DNA of 64,000 nt from Sedimentisphaerales bacterium (GTDB taxonomy: Bacteria > Planctomycetota > Phycisphaerae > Sedimentisphaerales > SM23-30). Below, in pieces: positions 18,999 through 28,389 of the stretch (position 1 is the first letter of the stretch; each line of letters opens with the position of its first letter). The position numbers were made by a program, and so were the translations under genes. The DNA lies in NCBI GenBank assembly GCA_963663965.2, contig CAXXFK010000010.1, forward strand, positions 1 through 64,000, given 5' to 3'. The notes beneath the pieces were generated by a model. The model saw only the letters and a list, made by a program, of their open reading frames with translations, was not told the origin of the DNA and made no database searches.

Positions 18999-20111
18999 TC
19001 AGGCCGTCAGGTTATCTAAGCGGGCCTGGCTGGATTCATCGTCCCAGATCTGAGTTCCATAACAAACTGAATCCCCACGTCCATTACCCATCACACGCCC
19101 CAACTCGATGATCTGTTCCTTTAGTTTAACATTAGTCACCTCAGCCGTTTCGTGGCTGCCGGCCTTGGCCGGGTATATTTCATATAATGAGCGATAATGA
19201 CTGGGGGTCAGGTTGGGCATGATCACATTAGCCCCTCGAGTCAATCCATGCATACGCCCTCGTTTTGGATTAATTGTCGCCAGAGCTGTCGTGCTGGGAA
19301 TATTCGTACCCGGACATAGTATCCGGGCCAGAGCAATAACTTTGCACGCCATGGTATCAGAGGACGGAACCTGTCGGTCCGAAACCAGTTTCATGCTATC
19401 AGCATGTTGAGCCAGCGGAGTATCTGGATGGGCGATATAAGGCCCAACGCCAATCATATGCAAACCCAGTTCGCCGAATAACAGAATATCCTTTGCCAGA
19501 TCTTCATAACTTTGACCCGGTATCCCCACCAGAACACCACTGCCAGTTTCATATCCTAGCGACTTCAGCCGCCGCAACATCATGATGCGATCAGATATTG
19601 TTCGGCCACGATTGGGGTGAATTGCCTCATACAAAGCCCGGTTTGACGTTTCAAACCGTAGTAGATAGCGATCCGCGCCGGCTTCCCGCCAAAGCCTTAA
19701 TTCATCATCATGCCGCTCGCCTAAACTCAAGGTAATAGCCAGATTCGTAGCGCTCTTAATTTGCCGAATTATGCCTGCCAGCCAATCTGCCTCGATGCCA
19801 TAATCCTCTCCAGCTTGCAGCACAACGGTCCCATAACCATAATTCTGGGCCAAATGAGCACAATTATGAATTTCATCAGCGGCCATGCGATACCGGCAGA
19901 TTTTCTTGTTATCCGCCCTGATCCCGCAGTAGGTACACTGCCGAACGCAATAATTGGAAATCTCGATTAATCCCCGTAAATGAATCGCTTCTCCAACTTG
20001 CTGTTTGCGTACATCATCGGCCTGCTGCCACAACTGTTGCAGTCGCGGAGGATCCGTTTCAATAAGCCAATCGATTATTTGATTCAGGGAGTACATCAGA
20101 ATCTTGACCAT
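18999..20111 (-). CDS. hydE: [FeFe]-hydrogenase radical SAM maturase HydE
   Basis: LRGLIEISNYCVRQCTYC, LSLGE, RYLLRFET, GANVIMPN and YEIYP; start may be 20096. Confidence 0.95.
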   Translation of the reverse strand: MVKILMYSLNQIIDWLIETDPPRLQQLWQQADDVRKQQVGEAIHLRGLIEISNYCVRQCTYCGIRADNKKICRYRMAADEIHNCAHLAQNYGYGTVVLQAGEDYGIEADWLAGIIRQIKSATNLAITLSLGERHDDELRLWREAGADRYLLRFETSNRALYEAIHPNRGRTISDRIMMLRRLKSLGYETGSGVLVGIPGQSYEDLAKDILLFGELGLHMIGVGPYIAHPDTPLAQHADSMKLVSDRQVPSSDTMACKVIALARILCPGTNIPSTTALATINPKRGRMHGLTRGANVIMPNLTPSHYRSLYEIYPAKAGSHETAEVTNVKLKEQIIELGRVMGNGRGDSVCYGTQIWDDESSQARLDNLTA

Positions 20112-21238
20112 TCAAAGCGAGGGTGACGGTAAACGTACTGCCAATATCCGGTTCACTGACGACACTGATATCACCATGATATAATTGCGCCAGTTTTTTA
20201 ATTATAGACAAGCCAAGACCGCTACCGAGAATATTTTTCGTTTTTTTCGTTTTTAATTCTGACAAAATCCTGGAACAAACGTTTGCATTCTTCCTCGGAC
20301 ATGCCAATGCCGGTATCCGCAACGGTTATCACGATATGGTTATCTTTTTGCCTGGCTTGAATCGTGACCTTGCCCCCATCCCGATTATATTTAACGGCAT
20401 TTGAAATAAGATTATTCAGTATAATATCAATTTCACCCGGATCGGCCTGGATTGCTAAATCGCCATCCGATTGAAACCGGACGTCAATTTTTCTTTCTAC
20501 CGCCTGCGGCACCACCAACTCCATCGCATGGTGAATGCGCTCGTCAATCGCCACATTTCTTAGCTCTCTTTTCTTCTGGCCGGATTCGATTCGGGTTAAA
20601 TCCAGCAGATCCATAATCAATTTCTGCATACCATCCAGCCGGACACCGCAACGGCTCAGCATTTCATCGTAAACCGCCGGATTATCACCCGCCGCCTTTT
20701 TCTGGATAATATCCAGATAACCCTTTATCGCGGCCAATGGCGCTTTCAATTCATGGGCCAGTACTGAAATAAACTGAAAACGCACCTGGCGCCGTTCTTT
20801 TGCCAGCGCCCTTGCCTGGCGGGCATTGATAATGCTCTGGGTAGCCCGATGCACAACCGCTTTCAATTCTGCGGGCGTAAAAGGCTTGGCCAGAAAATCG
20901 TATGCCCCCCGTTTGACTGCCGTTACCGCGGTATCGAGCGAGGCGTAGGCCGTCACCATAACCGTCAATATATTATCTTTGCGATCTTCGATCCGATGCA
21001 AGACATCCAAACCACTCATTCCGGGCAACTTATGATCCAATAAGAGGATATCCGGCTCTTCCTGTTCGATCAGTTCCAGAGCCTCTTCACCGCTGGTGGC
21101 GGTGCGAATAGTAAACGTCACCTCCGCTCCGATATCAGGCATCTCGACGCGGCAATTCTGCAACGTCCGCTCCATACCGCTGACCATTCCCGGTTCATCG
21201 TCCACTATCAGGGCTTTTAATATTTCTGACATCATCAA
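20059..21238 (-). pseudogene. Hybrid receiver-histidine kinase, frameshifted in the HATPase domain (extra A, possibly a sequencing error)
   Basis: Receiver (IVDDE, LLDHKLPG, KPF), then AHELKAPL, NAVKYN and DTGIG. Removing one base from the run at 20241-20247 joins FVRIKNEK to TKNILGSGLGLSIIKKLAQLYHGDISV...GSTFTVTL. Confidence 0.88.
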
Positions 21239-21313
21239 GCCTGTTTATGTAAGGATTCATTGCATCGTTAACCACTCGGTATTATCAGACCGAGTTGACA
21301 ATGCAATCATGAT

Positions 21314-21724
21314 TTATTTTTTGCAAAAACGATCAATTTCAGCCAGTAACTGTTCTAATCGTACTGGTTTTGTCAACATGGCATCGGCACGCACCCATGA
21401 CTTTTCCTCCTGGGTAGACGCATCAAATTCAATGCCGGTTTCCGAACTCACTGCCGTCACGATAATAACCGGAGTCCCGGGAAACCTTTTTTTAATATGA
21501 TAACACAAGGCAAAACCGCCATCCGCGTGCTCCATCATCAAATCGACGACAGCAATATCCGGATGAATGACATTCAAAGCCTCTTCCGCCTGCTTCTGGC
21601 TGCTGGCTGTTGTCACATTGAATTCATTGGCTTTTAATAAAACTTCCATTTGCAGCAGAAAATCGACATCATCGTCTACCAGTAATACGCTTATGTCGCT
21701 GTTATTTTTTGAATGCGTGTCCAT
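21314..21724 (-). CDS. Single-domain response regulator receiver
   Basis: LLVDDD, VVDLMM, VTA and TKPV; no output domain. Confidence 0.92.
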   Translation of the reverse strand: MDTHSKNNSDISVLLVDDDVDFLLQMEVLLKANEFNVTTASSQKQAEEALNVIHPDIAVVDLMMEHADGGFALCYHIKKRFPGTPVIIVTAVSSETGIEFDASTQEEKSWVRADAMLTKPVRLEQLLAEIDRFCKK

Positions 21725-21836
21725 AATGTTTTTTAAACCTTTCACGTATTGAACGCCAAACTCTAATATATCTCTGTTTATGCCATGTTGACGGCATGCC
21801 TGTTTCTTGAAGCGACGGCATTTTGCCTGCCGGAAA

Positions 21837-23837
21837 TCAGCGCCTGCGCGGCAATTTAACTACAAACTCCGTTCCCGTTGGGCCTAAATTTGGATCGGCA
21901 CAGGAACTGACGGTAATATCGCCCCGATGCATCTTCACGATCCCGTAAGCGACGGCCAGCCCCAATCCGGTTCCTTTGCCAATTTTTTTGGTGGTAAAAA
22001 ACGGTTGGAACAATTTTGACATATTCTCTTCAGGGATCCCGATTCCGGTATCCTTGACCTTAAGAAACACCCAATCGGCATCGCCATGCAATGCCAGGAT
22101 CAACTGTCCGCCCTGCGGCATCGCGGATACGGCATTGTTAATCAAATTGGTCAACACCTGAATAATCTGATCGACATCGATATCGGTAAATGGATCTGCC
22201 AGCTCATAATTGCACACCACGTCAATACCGTCCGGAATGACGACAATTTTAATAATTCGATCCATTAAGTCGATCAAATGGGTGGATTCATGCTGCACTT
22301 TATTCTGGCGGGCAAAATGCAGCAAACCCGAAACGATTTTTTTGCAACGCTCGGCCTGCTCAACAATCATTTTAAGATCATCATGCTCCCGCGTTTTTTC
22401 ATCAAGCCCCTCCATCAAAAGATGGGCGTACATCAAAACCACCCCCAGGGGGTTATTCACCTCATGGGCAATCCCGGCGGCCAATTGCCCCATGCTGGCC
22501 ATTTTCTCAGACTGCATCAGCGCTTCCTGAGTCGAAGCCAACTCATCCCGCGACTCGGCCAGTTCCTTGACGGTTCCTTTCAACTGTTCAATGGTATAAG
22601 GCAGACACATTTCGCTCTCTGCCAATCCTTTAAATATTGCCTCCGCATGTTCCCGGCAGGTGTCATAGCCACAAGCGCCGCAATTCAATTCATCTTCAGA
22701 ACCGTGCTTGCCCATTTTTGATAAGATATAAGCGATTTCATCTTTAAACGGAACTGGAATTCGCTGATCGTCCGCCTGGTAGTTGCGCGTCAAATTGAGT
22801 GAAGAATAGTCTGCAATGGCCTGGCGCCATTGATCATAATCAAATGCCTGTTGCCGCTCTTTGACAAACCGACTGACCTGAGAACGCCGGGTAAACAAGG
22901 CGCTGTCAGCCGTCATTCCGGCGCCCATGATACACCCGTTACAAGCGAGGATCTCCAACAGGCGCGCATCCATGCTGCCCGCCTGAAATTCTTTGATTGC
23001 CTCAACAAAATTGGTGCGTCCATCAGTCGCCACCACATCGCCATTCACCAGATCTTCTTCGATACCGGCCGCTTGTAACAATCCGCGGCTTACTGGAAAT
23101 AATTCGCCCAGATACGCATAAGGCGGATCAAATTCCAGCGGTTCAATCTGATTCATCGTGATTTGACGATCACGGAATAATTGATGCAATTCCGAAAAAG
23201 TTAATACGGCATCCACATCGCCCACCAAATGCCTGGAAACCGACTCTCTTTTTTTCGCAATACAGGGCCCGATAAACACGACCTTGAGATCCTGGCCATG
23301 CTTTTTTTTCATGACGCGAGCCATGGCCACCATGGGAGACACAATCGGTGATAACCGCTTGACCAGATCAGGATAATACTTTTCGACCAGCCCCACCACT
23401 GCCGGACAGGTCGTCGCGATAAATCCCTGGTCATTGGGTGTTGATTCGAGCAATTCTTTATATTTCAGCGCGACCAGATCCGCGCCAAATGCCACCTCAG
23501 TGACATAATCGAATCCCAAAGCTTTCAGGGCCCCTACCAGTTGTCGATACGAATGATCCGGAAATTCTGCCGGGAAACTGGGGGCCAGGCAGGCGGCCAC
23601 CGCTTGCTCGCCATCTATGAGTTTTTCCACTAAATCGTTATTACTGACAACCATTTTTGCGTTCTGGCTGCAGACTCGAATGCAGTTGCCGCAGCTGATA
23701 CACCGTTCGCCAATGATCTCGGCCTGCCCCTCCGAAATTCGAATCGCTTTGGCCGGGCATTCCCGCACGCACGTATAGCACATCCGGCAACGTTCCTTAA
23801 CCGTCTGAATAAACGATATATATGGGTATTTTACCAT
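21837..23837 (-). CDS. Putative sensory [FeFe]-hydrogenase (group C-like) fused to a histidine kinase
   Basis: Two [4Fe-4S] motifs ([22 protein letters not shown]); H-cluster motifs [29 protein letters not shown]; extra FeS motif [10 protein letters not shown]...[32 protein letters not shown]. Confidence 0.9.
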   Translation of the reverse strand: MVKYPYISFIQTVKERCRMCYTCVRECPAKAIRISEGQAEIIGERCISCGNCIRVCSQNAKMVVSNNDLVEKLIDGEQAVAACLAPSFPAEFPDHSYRQLVGALKALGFDYVTEVAFGADLVALKYKELLESTPNDQGFIATTCPAVVGLVEKYYPDLVKRLSPIVSPMVAMARVMKKKHGQDLKVVFIGPCIAKKRESVSRHLVGDVDAVLTFSELHQLFRDRQITMNQIEPLEFDPPYAYLGELFPVSRGLLQAAGIEEDLVNGDVVATDGRTNFVEAIKEFQAGSMDARLLEILACNGCIMGAGMTADSALFTRRSQVSRFVKERQQAFDYDQWRQAIADYSSLNLTRNYQADDQRIPVPFKDEIAYILSKMGKHGSEDELNCGACGYDTCREHAEAIFKGLAESEMCLPYTIEQLKGTVKELAESRDELASTQEALMQSEKMASMGQLAAGIAHEVNNPLGVVLMYAHLLMEGLDEKTREHDDLKMIVEQAERCKKIVSGLLHFARQNKVQHESTHLIDLMDRIIKIVVIPDGIDVVCNYELADPFTDIDVDQIIQVLTNLINNAVSAMPQGGQLILALHGDADWVFLKVKDTGIGIPEENMSKLFQPFFTTKKIGKGTGLGLAVAYGIVKMHRGDITVSSCADPNLGPTGTEFVVKLPRRR

Positions 23838-23865
23838 CTTATTGTCATTGAGCTCCTGAAGAATA

Positions 23866-25587
23866 TTACAGGATCACATCACGCCTGGCGTAATGCGTGT
23901 GAAGCAAATGATGACTTTTTTCACCCAGAGGCTGCCCCAGATATTCATCATACAAGCGTTGAACTTCTTTGTTATTATGCGAACAGCGCACCGGTTCATC
24001 CCGGTCAATTTTATACAACAATTGCATACGATCCTTGACACGATCCATATCGGTACATAACGGTTGGCCGCCGCCGTCGATGCAACCACCGGGACAGGTC
24101 ATCACTTCAATAAAATGCAAATCGTCGCGGCCGGCTTTGATTTCTTCCAGCAGGTGGCGCGCATTGGTGAGACCACTCACCACGGCCACCCCCAATTCCA
24201 GATCACCAATTTTTACTTTTGCTTCCTTAACCGCATTCAATCCCCGGACCGGCTTGATATTCAAGTCGTCCAGTTCCTGGCCGGTGATCATATAGTAGCC
24301 GGTTCGTAACGCGGCTTCCATAACGCCGCCCGTCGCGCCAAACAATTTACCGGCGGTGCTTCGCTGACCAAAAGGCGAATCGGCCGCATCCGGCTCCAAC
24401 ACATTCATGTCAATGCCATGGGTTTTGATCATACGCGCTAACTCCCGGGTAGTCAGCACATAGTCGACATCCGGGATGGTATTATGAATCATCTCCGGCC
24501 GTTCCGCCTCGAATTTTTTCGCAGTACACGGCATGACAGACACACTGACGATGTTGGCCGGATCGATCCCTTCACGTTCCGCCAGAAAACTTTTTATTAT
24601 CGCCCCCATCATTTGCTGCGGGCTCTTACAGGTCGATAAATTTTCAATCATATCCGGATAATACTGTTCGACGAATTTGATCCATCCAGGCGAACAACTG
24701 GTCATCATTGGCAGTTTTCCCTTATTCAGGATACGATGAACCAACTCGGACGCTTCCTCCATAATGGTCAGATCGGCGGTAAAAGACGTATCAAACACCC
24801 GATCGAAACCCAGATTACGCAAGGCCCTGGTCATGATACCACAAATATCCAAACCCGCTTTCATGCCAAATTCTTCTGCCAGGGTCACCGAAACGCTGGG
24901 GGCGTGCTGGACCACAACACATTTGTCCGGATTACTAATGGCATCTTCAATTTCTTTGATACTGCTTTGCTCTCGTAACGCCCCTGTCGGACACGCCAGC
25001 ACACACTGACCGCAATTAATACAGCTCGAAACGTTAAGACCTTGATTAAACGCCGTTCCCACGATTGCCTGGCTGCCCCGCCCAATAAAATCGATGGATC
25101 CAACTCCCTGGATTTCTTCACAAACACGCACACATCGCCCGCACAGGATACATTTCGCCGGATCCCGCACGATCGAAGCGCTGGAACTGTCCACCTTGTA
25201 ATTCATTTTATTACCGGTATACCGTCTTTCACGAACACCCAGTTCTTCTGCCAGGCCCTGCAACTCACAATGACCATTTCGAACACAATACAGGCAATCA
25301 TCCGGATGATTGGCCAACAATAATTCCACGATGGTTTTACGGGAACGTAACACCCTTGGGGAATGAGTCTGGATCTTCATGCCATTTTCAACAGGGTAAG
25401 CGCAACTGGGAACCAGACCCGGACGGCCTTCCACTTCCACCACGCACATCCGGCAGGCGCCGGTCGGCAACAAACCGTCCATATGACATAACGTCGGCAC
25501 TTTTATGCCTGTTCTCTTCAAGACATCAAGAATGGTTTCGCCCGCTTTGGCAGTTACAGTTTTATTGTTTACGGTTATTTCTAACAC
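23866..25587 (-). CDS. hydA: [FeFe]-hydrogenase catalytic subunit (group A3, HydA/HndD-like)
   Basis: 2Fe-2S motif (LC...GACRMC), HxxxCxxCxxxxxC, two [4Fe-4S] motifs, TSCSPGW, MPCTAKKFE and EVMTCPGGCIDGGGQP. Confidence 0.96.
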   Translation of the reverse strand: MLEITVNNKTVTAKAGETILDVLKRTGIKVPTLCHMDGLLPTGACRMCVVEVEGRPGLVPSCAYPVENGMKIQTHSPRVLRSRKTIVELLLANHPDDCLYCVRNGHCELQGLAEELGVRERRYTGNKMNYKVDSSSASIVRDPAKCILCGRCVRVCEEIQGVGSIDFIGRGSQAIVGTAFNQGLNVSSCINCGQCVLACPTGALREQSSIKEIEDAISNPDKCVVVQHAPSVSVTLAEEFGMKAGLDICGIMTRALRNLGFDRVFDTSFTADLTIMEEASELVHRILNKGKLPMMTSCSPGWIKFVEQYYPDMIENLSTCKSPQQMMGAIIKSFLAEREGIDPANIVSVSVMPCTAKKFEAERPEMIHNTIPDVDYVLTTRELARMIKTHGIDMNVLEPDAADSPFGQRSTAGKLFGATGGVMEAALRTGYYMITGQELDDLNIKPVRGLNAVKEAKVKIGDLELGVAVVSGLTNARHLLEEIKAGRDDLHFIEVMTCPGGCIDGGGQPLCTDMDRVKDRMQLLYKIDRDEPVRCSHNNKEVQRLYDEYLGQPLGEKSHHLLHTHYARRDVIL

Positions 25588-25634
25588 AGCATTATCTCCA
25601 TCTGGGTAATTCGATCTTAAGCAACATCATCCAT

Positions 25635-27569
25635 TTAGCTGACGGTGACGGCATCAAAACGACACGCTTGCAAACAGGCGCCACAGGCAATGCATTTATC
25701 CGGAATAATATAATGCGGACTTTTGGCCGCTCCCATAATCGCTTCAGCCGGACATTTTCTGGCACAAAGGGTACATCCTTTACATTTTTCAACATCAATA
25801 GAATAAGTCAGCAATTCAGTGCAAGCGCCGGCCGGACAACGACGCTCATAAACGTGCGCTTCGTATTCGTCCCGGAACCACCGAAGCGTACTTAACACGG
25901 GATTAGGCGCGGTCTGCCCCAAACCACACAGACTGGTGTCTTTAATGATCTCGGCCAGACGCGTCATATACATAACGCCTTTAAATCGTTCCAGAGTTTC
26001 CATTTCACTTTCATTCCGTCTGGAACGGGTGATACGATTCAAAATTTCCAGCATGCGGCGAGTGCCTTCCCGGCAGGGAATACATTTACCGCAACTCTCT
26101 CTTTGAATAAAATCCATGAAAAACTTGGCCACATCCACCATACAGGTGTCTTCATCCATGACCACCAGTCCACCGGACCCCATCATGGCCCCGACGGTTT
26201 TAAGCGATTCATAATCGATTTCGATATCAAGATGCTCAGCAGGAATGCAACCGCCGGATGGTCCGCCTATTTGCACGGCTTTATATTGCTTGCCTTTGTC
26301 GATTCCACCCCCGACACTAAAAATAATATCACGCAAACGCGTTCCCATCGCCACTTCGATTAATCCTGTGCGGGTGACCTTGCCTGACAAAGCGAATACT
26401 TTCGTCCCTTTGCTTCCTGAAGTTCCCACCTGATTGAACCACTCCGCTCCATTATCCAGAATAGCGGGGAGATTGGCCAACGTTTCAACATTATTAATAA
26501 TCGTGGGCTTGCCAAACAAACCGCTCACTGCAGGAAATGGCGGTCGTGGCCGAGGCATGCCACGTTTGCCTTCGATACTATGCAACAATGCGGTTTCCTC
26601 ACCACAGACAAACGCGCCGGCCCCCTTTTTAATAATAATATCCAGACTGAAACCGCTATCGAAAATATTTTTCCCCAGCAAACCATAATCTTTGGCTTGC
26701 TCAATGGCTGCTTCGAGACGCTTAATGGCCAGGGGGTATTCCGCTCGAATGTAAACATACGCCTTGGTTGCGCCTATGGCGTAGGCGGCGATCGCCATAC
26801 CTTCCAACAAGCGATGAGGATCCCCCTCAATAACGGCGCGATCCATAAAGGCCCCAGGATCTCCCTCGTCGGCATTGCACACCAGATATCGCTGTTCCGC
26901 CTCGGTATTGCCCGCGAATTTCCACTTTTTTCCCGTAGGGAATCCACCGCCCCCACGTCCCCGCAAACCGCTCTTTTCCACTTCATCGCAGACTTCTGAC
27001 GCCGTCATATTCCGCAACATACGGGCAAAAGGCTTATAACCCCCATGGGCAATATACTCTTCAATGCTTCCCGGATCAATAATGCCACAATTGGCCAGCA
27101 CGAAACGTGTTTGAGGGGCAAAAAAAGGATGCTCATTTAACATTGGAACCCCTTGCCATCGTTCCAGATCACGATACCCATGCTGACCCAGAATATCTTT
27201 TTCGGCCAGATCTTGCGTCAGAACGGCATCCAGGACCTCCGACACCTTGTCAGCCGTGACATGCTCAAATGCAACCCGTTTTTTCCCCGGCATTTGCACT
27301 TCCAGAATGGGTTCGGCAGAACACAAACCGATGCATCCAACTTCAACAATATCCGCCTGAAGATTTCTGTCCGCTAAGTAAGATTTGATTTTCGCCAGAG
27401 TTTTACCAGCCCCAGCTCCTAATCCACATGTCCCTGTTCCGATAAATAAGACGGGCTTTGCGACATCATCCCTCCGTAAGATTGTCGCTTTACGCCCGAT
27501 TTCCGAAGAATTATCCTTAATATCGAGTCTGTTCGAATCGTGTAAATATTCAATCAAGTCTTTACGCAT
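25635..27569 (-). CDS. hydB: Diaphorase (NuoF-like) subunit of a bifurcating-type hydrogenase (HydB/HndC-like), with an N-terminal thioredoxin-like 2Fe-2S domain
   Basis: GTCG...GCIGLC, GRGGGGFPTG, NADEGDPG, CGEETAL, SCGKCIPCREG and two C-terminal [4Fe-4S] motifs; ATG at 27569 after AAGGA. Confidence 0.93.
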   Translation of the reverse strand: MRKDLIEYLHDSNRLDIKDNSSEIGRKATILRRDDVAKPVLFIGTGTCGLGAGAGKTLAKIKSYLADRNLQADIVEVGCIGLCSAEPILEVQMPGKKRVAFEHVTADKVSEVLDAVLTQDLAEKDILGQHGYRDLERWQGVPMLNEHPFFAPQTRFVLANCGIIDPGSIEEYIAHGGYKPFARMLRNMTASEVCDEVEKSGLRGRGGGGFPTGKKWKFAGNTEAEQRYLVCNADEGDPGAFMDRAVIEGDPHRLLEGMAIAAYAIGATKAYVYIRAEYPLAIKRLEAAIEQAKDYGLLGKNIFDSGFSLDIIIKKGAGAFVCGEETALLHSIEGKRGMPRPRPPFPAVSGLFGKPTIINNVETLANLPAILDNGAEWFNQVGTSGSKGTKVFALSGKVTRTGLIEVAMGTRLRDIIFSVGGGIDKGKQYKAVQIGGPSGGCIPAEHLDIEIDYESLKTVGAMMGSGGLVVMDEDTCMVDVAKFFMDFIQRESCGKCIPCREGTRRMLEILNRITRSRRNESEMETLERFKGVMYMTRLAEIIKDTSLCGLGQTAPNPVLSTLRWFRDEYEAHVYERRCPAGACTELLTYSIDVEKCKGCTLCARKCPAEAIMGAAKSPHYIIPDKCIACGACLQACRFDAVTVS

Positions 27570-27600
27570 TTCGTTTTCCTTATAGTTATATCCGCTCAGA

Positions 27601-28059
27601 TCAGTGACCAGTACGATAACCAGCCAGGATCTCTTTGACACTGTCCGGAGTGACTCCGCCATAAAACTCGCCATCAATACTGATTACCGGAGCCAGGCCA
27701 CAGGCGCCGATGCATGCGACCACTTCCAGACTGAATAAACCGTCTCGCGTGGTCTGGCCAGGCTCAATTTTCAATTCCTGCTTCAACGATTCCAGTACCG
27801 ACGCGGACCCTTTCACATGACATGCCGTTCCACGGCATACCTGAACATGATGTTTACCCTGGGCCTGAAAACGGAACTGATTATAGAAGGTAGCGACCCC
27901 ATATACCTTGCTGGCCGGCAATCCAAGTTGCGTCGCAATGAATGTAACAGCCTCTCTGGATAAAAATCCCTGTTTTTCTTGTACTTCCTGTAATATCGGG
28001 ATTAACGAATCCCGATTCGCCCCGGGGTATTTATCCAGAATCACTTGAATCTCTTGCAT
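27601..28059 (-). CDS. hydC: NuoE-like 2Fe-2S subunit (HydC/HndA-like)
   Basis: LIPILQEVQ, GVATFY, CRGTACH and ACIGACGLAP motifs. Confidence 0.94.
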   Translation of the reverse strand: MQEIQVILDKYPGANRDSLIPILQEVQEKQGFLSREAVTFIATQLGLPASKVYGVATFYNQFRFQAQGKHHVQVCRGTACHVKGSASVLESLKQELKIEPGQTTRDGLFSLEVVACIGACGLAPVISIDGEFYGGVTPDSVKEILAGYRTGH

Positions 28060-28150
28060 TACTTATTTCCTTAATTTATTCAATGTTTTATTGCTTAAAA
28101 TAAAGTAAAAACATAAACAATATTTTACTGTCGCCTCATTAGCGTCCTGG

Positions 28151-28168
28151 TTGTGATATTTTTAACAC
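28151..28168. promoter_or_regulatory. Rex-like operator upstream of hydC
   Basis: TTGTGATATTTTTAACAC versus the Rex consensus TTGTGAA-N4-TTCACAA. Confidence 0.6.
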
Positions 28169-28194
28169 AACATATAAATTGCGTATCTTATTTA

Positions 28195-28223
28195 ATTACA
28201 GAATTTTAAAAAATTTACGCCAA
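28195..28223 (-). promoter_or_regulatory. Candidate sigma70 promoter of the hydrogenase operon
   Basis: TTGGCG-N17-TGTAAT on the minus strand. Confidence 0.35.
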
Positions 28224-28228
28224 TGGTT

Positions 28229-28252
28229 AATGACAATACCAGGATTGTCATT
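28229..28252. promoter_or_regulatory. Perfect 9-6-9 palindrome, candidate transcription-factor site
   Basis: AATGACAAT-ACCAGG-ATTGTCATT. Confidence 0.5.
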
Positions 28253-28312
28253 GTGACAGTCAGCACAAAGCTGTTCTAATAATTCCAATAACAATTTACC
28301 AAAACTTACCAA

Positions 28313-28330
28313 TCGTTATTGTTTTCACAG
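28313..28330. promoter_or_regulatory. Second, weaker Rex-like site
   Basis: TCGTTATTGTTTTCACAG. Confidence 0.35.
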
Positions 28331-28389
28331 CTATTATGTAATATAGATGTTCATTTGTCAATATTAAAAACAGCTTTCCAATCCAACCT

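Noticed and set aside
25635..28059. nuoE/nuoF of respiratory complex I
   Set aside because: They are adjacent to an H-cluster subunit, carry extra FeS domains and have no other nuo genes nearby, so they are hydrogenase subunits
28060..28389. sigma54 promoter for the hydrogenase operon
   Set aside because: No TGGCAC-N5-TTGC-like element found on the minus strand
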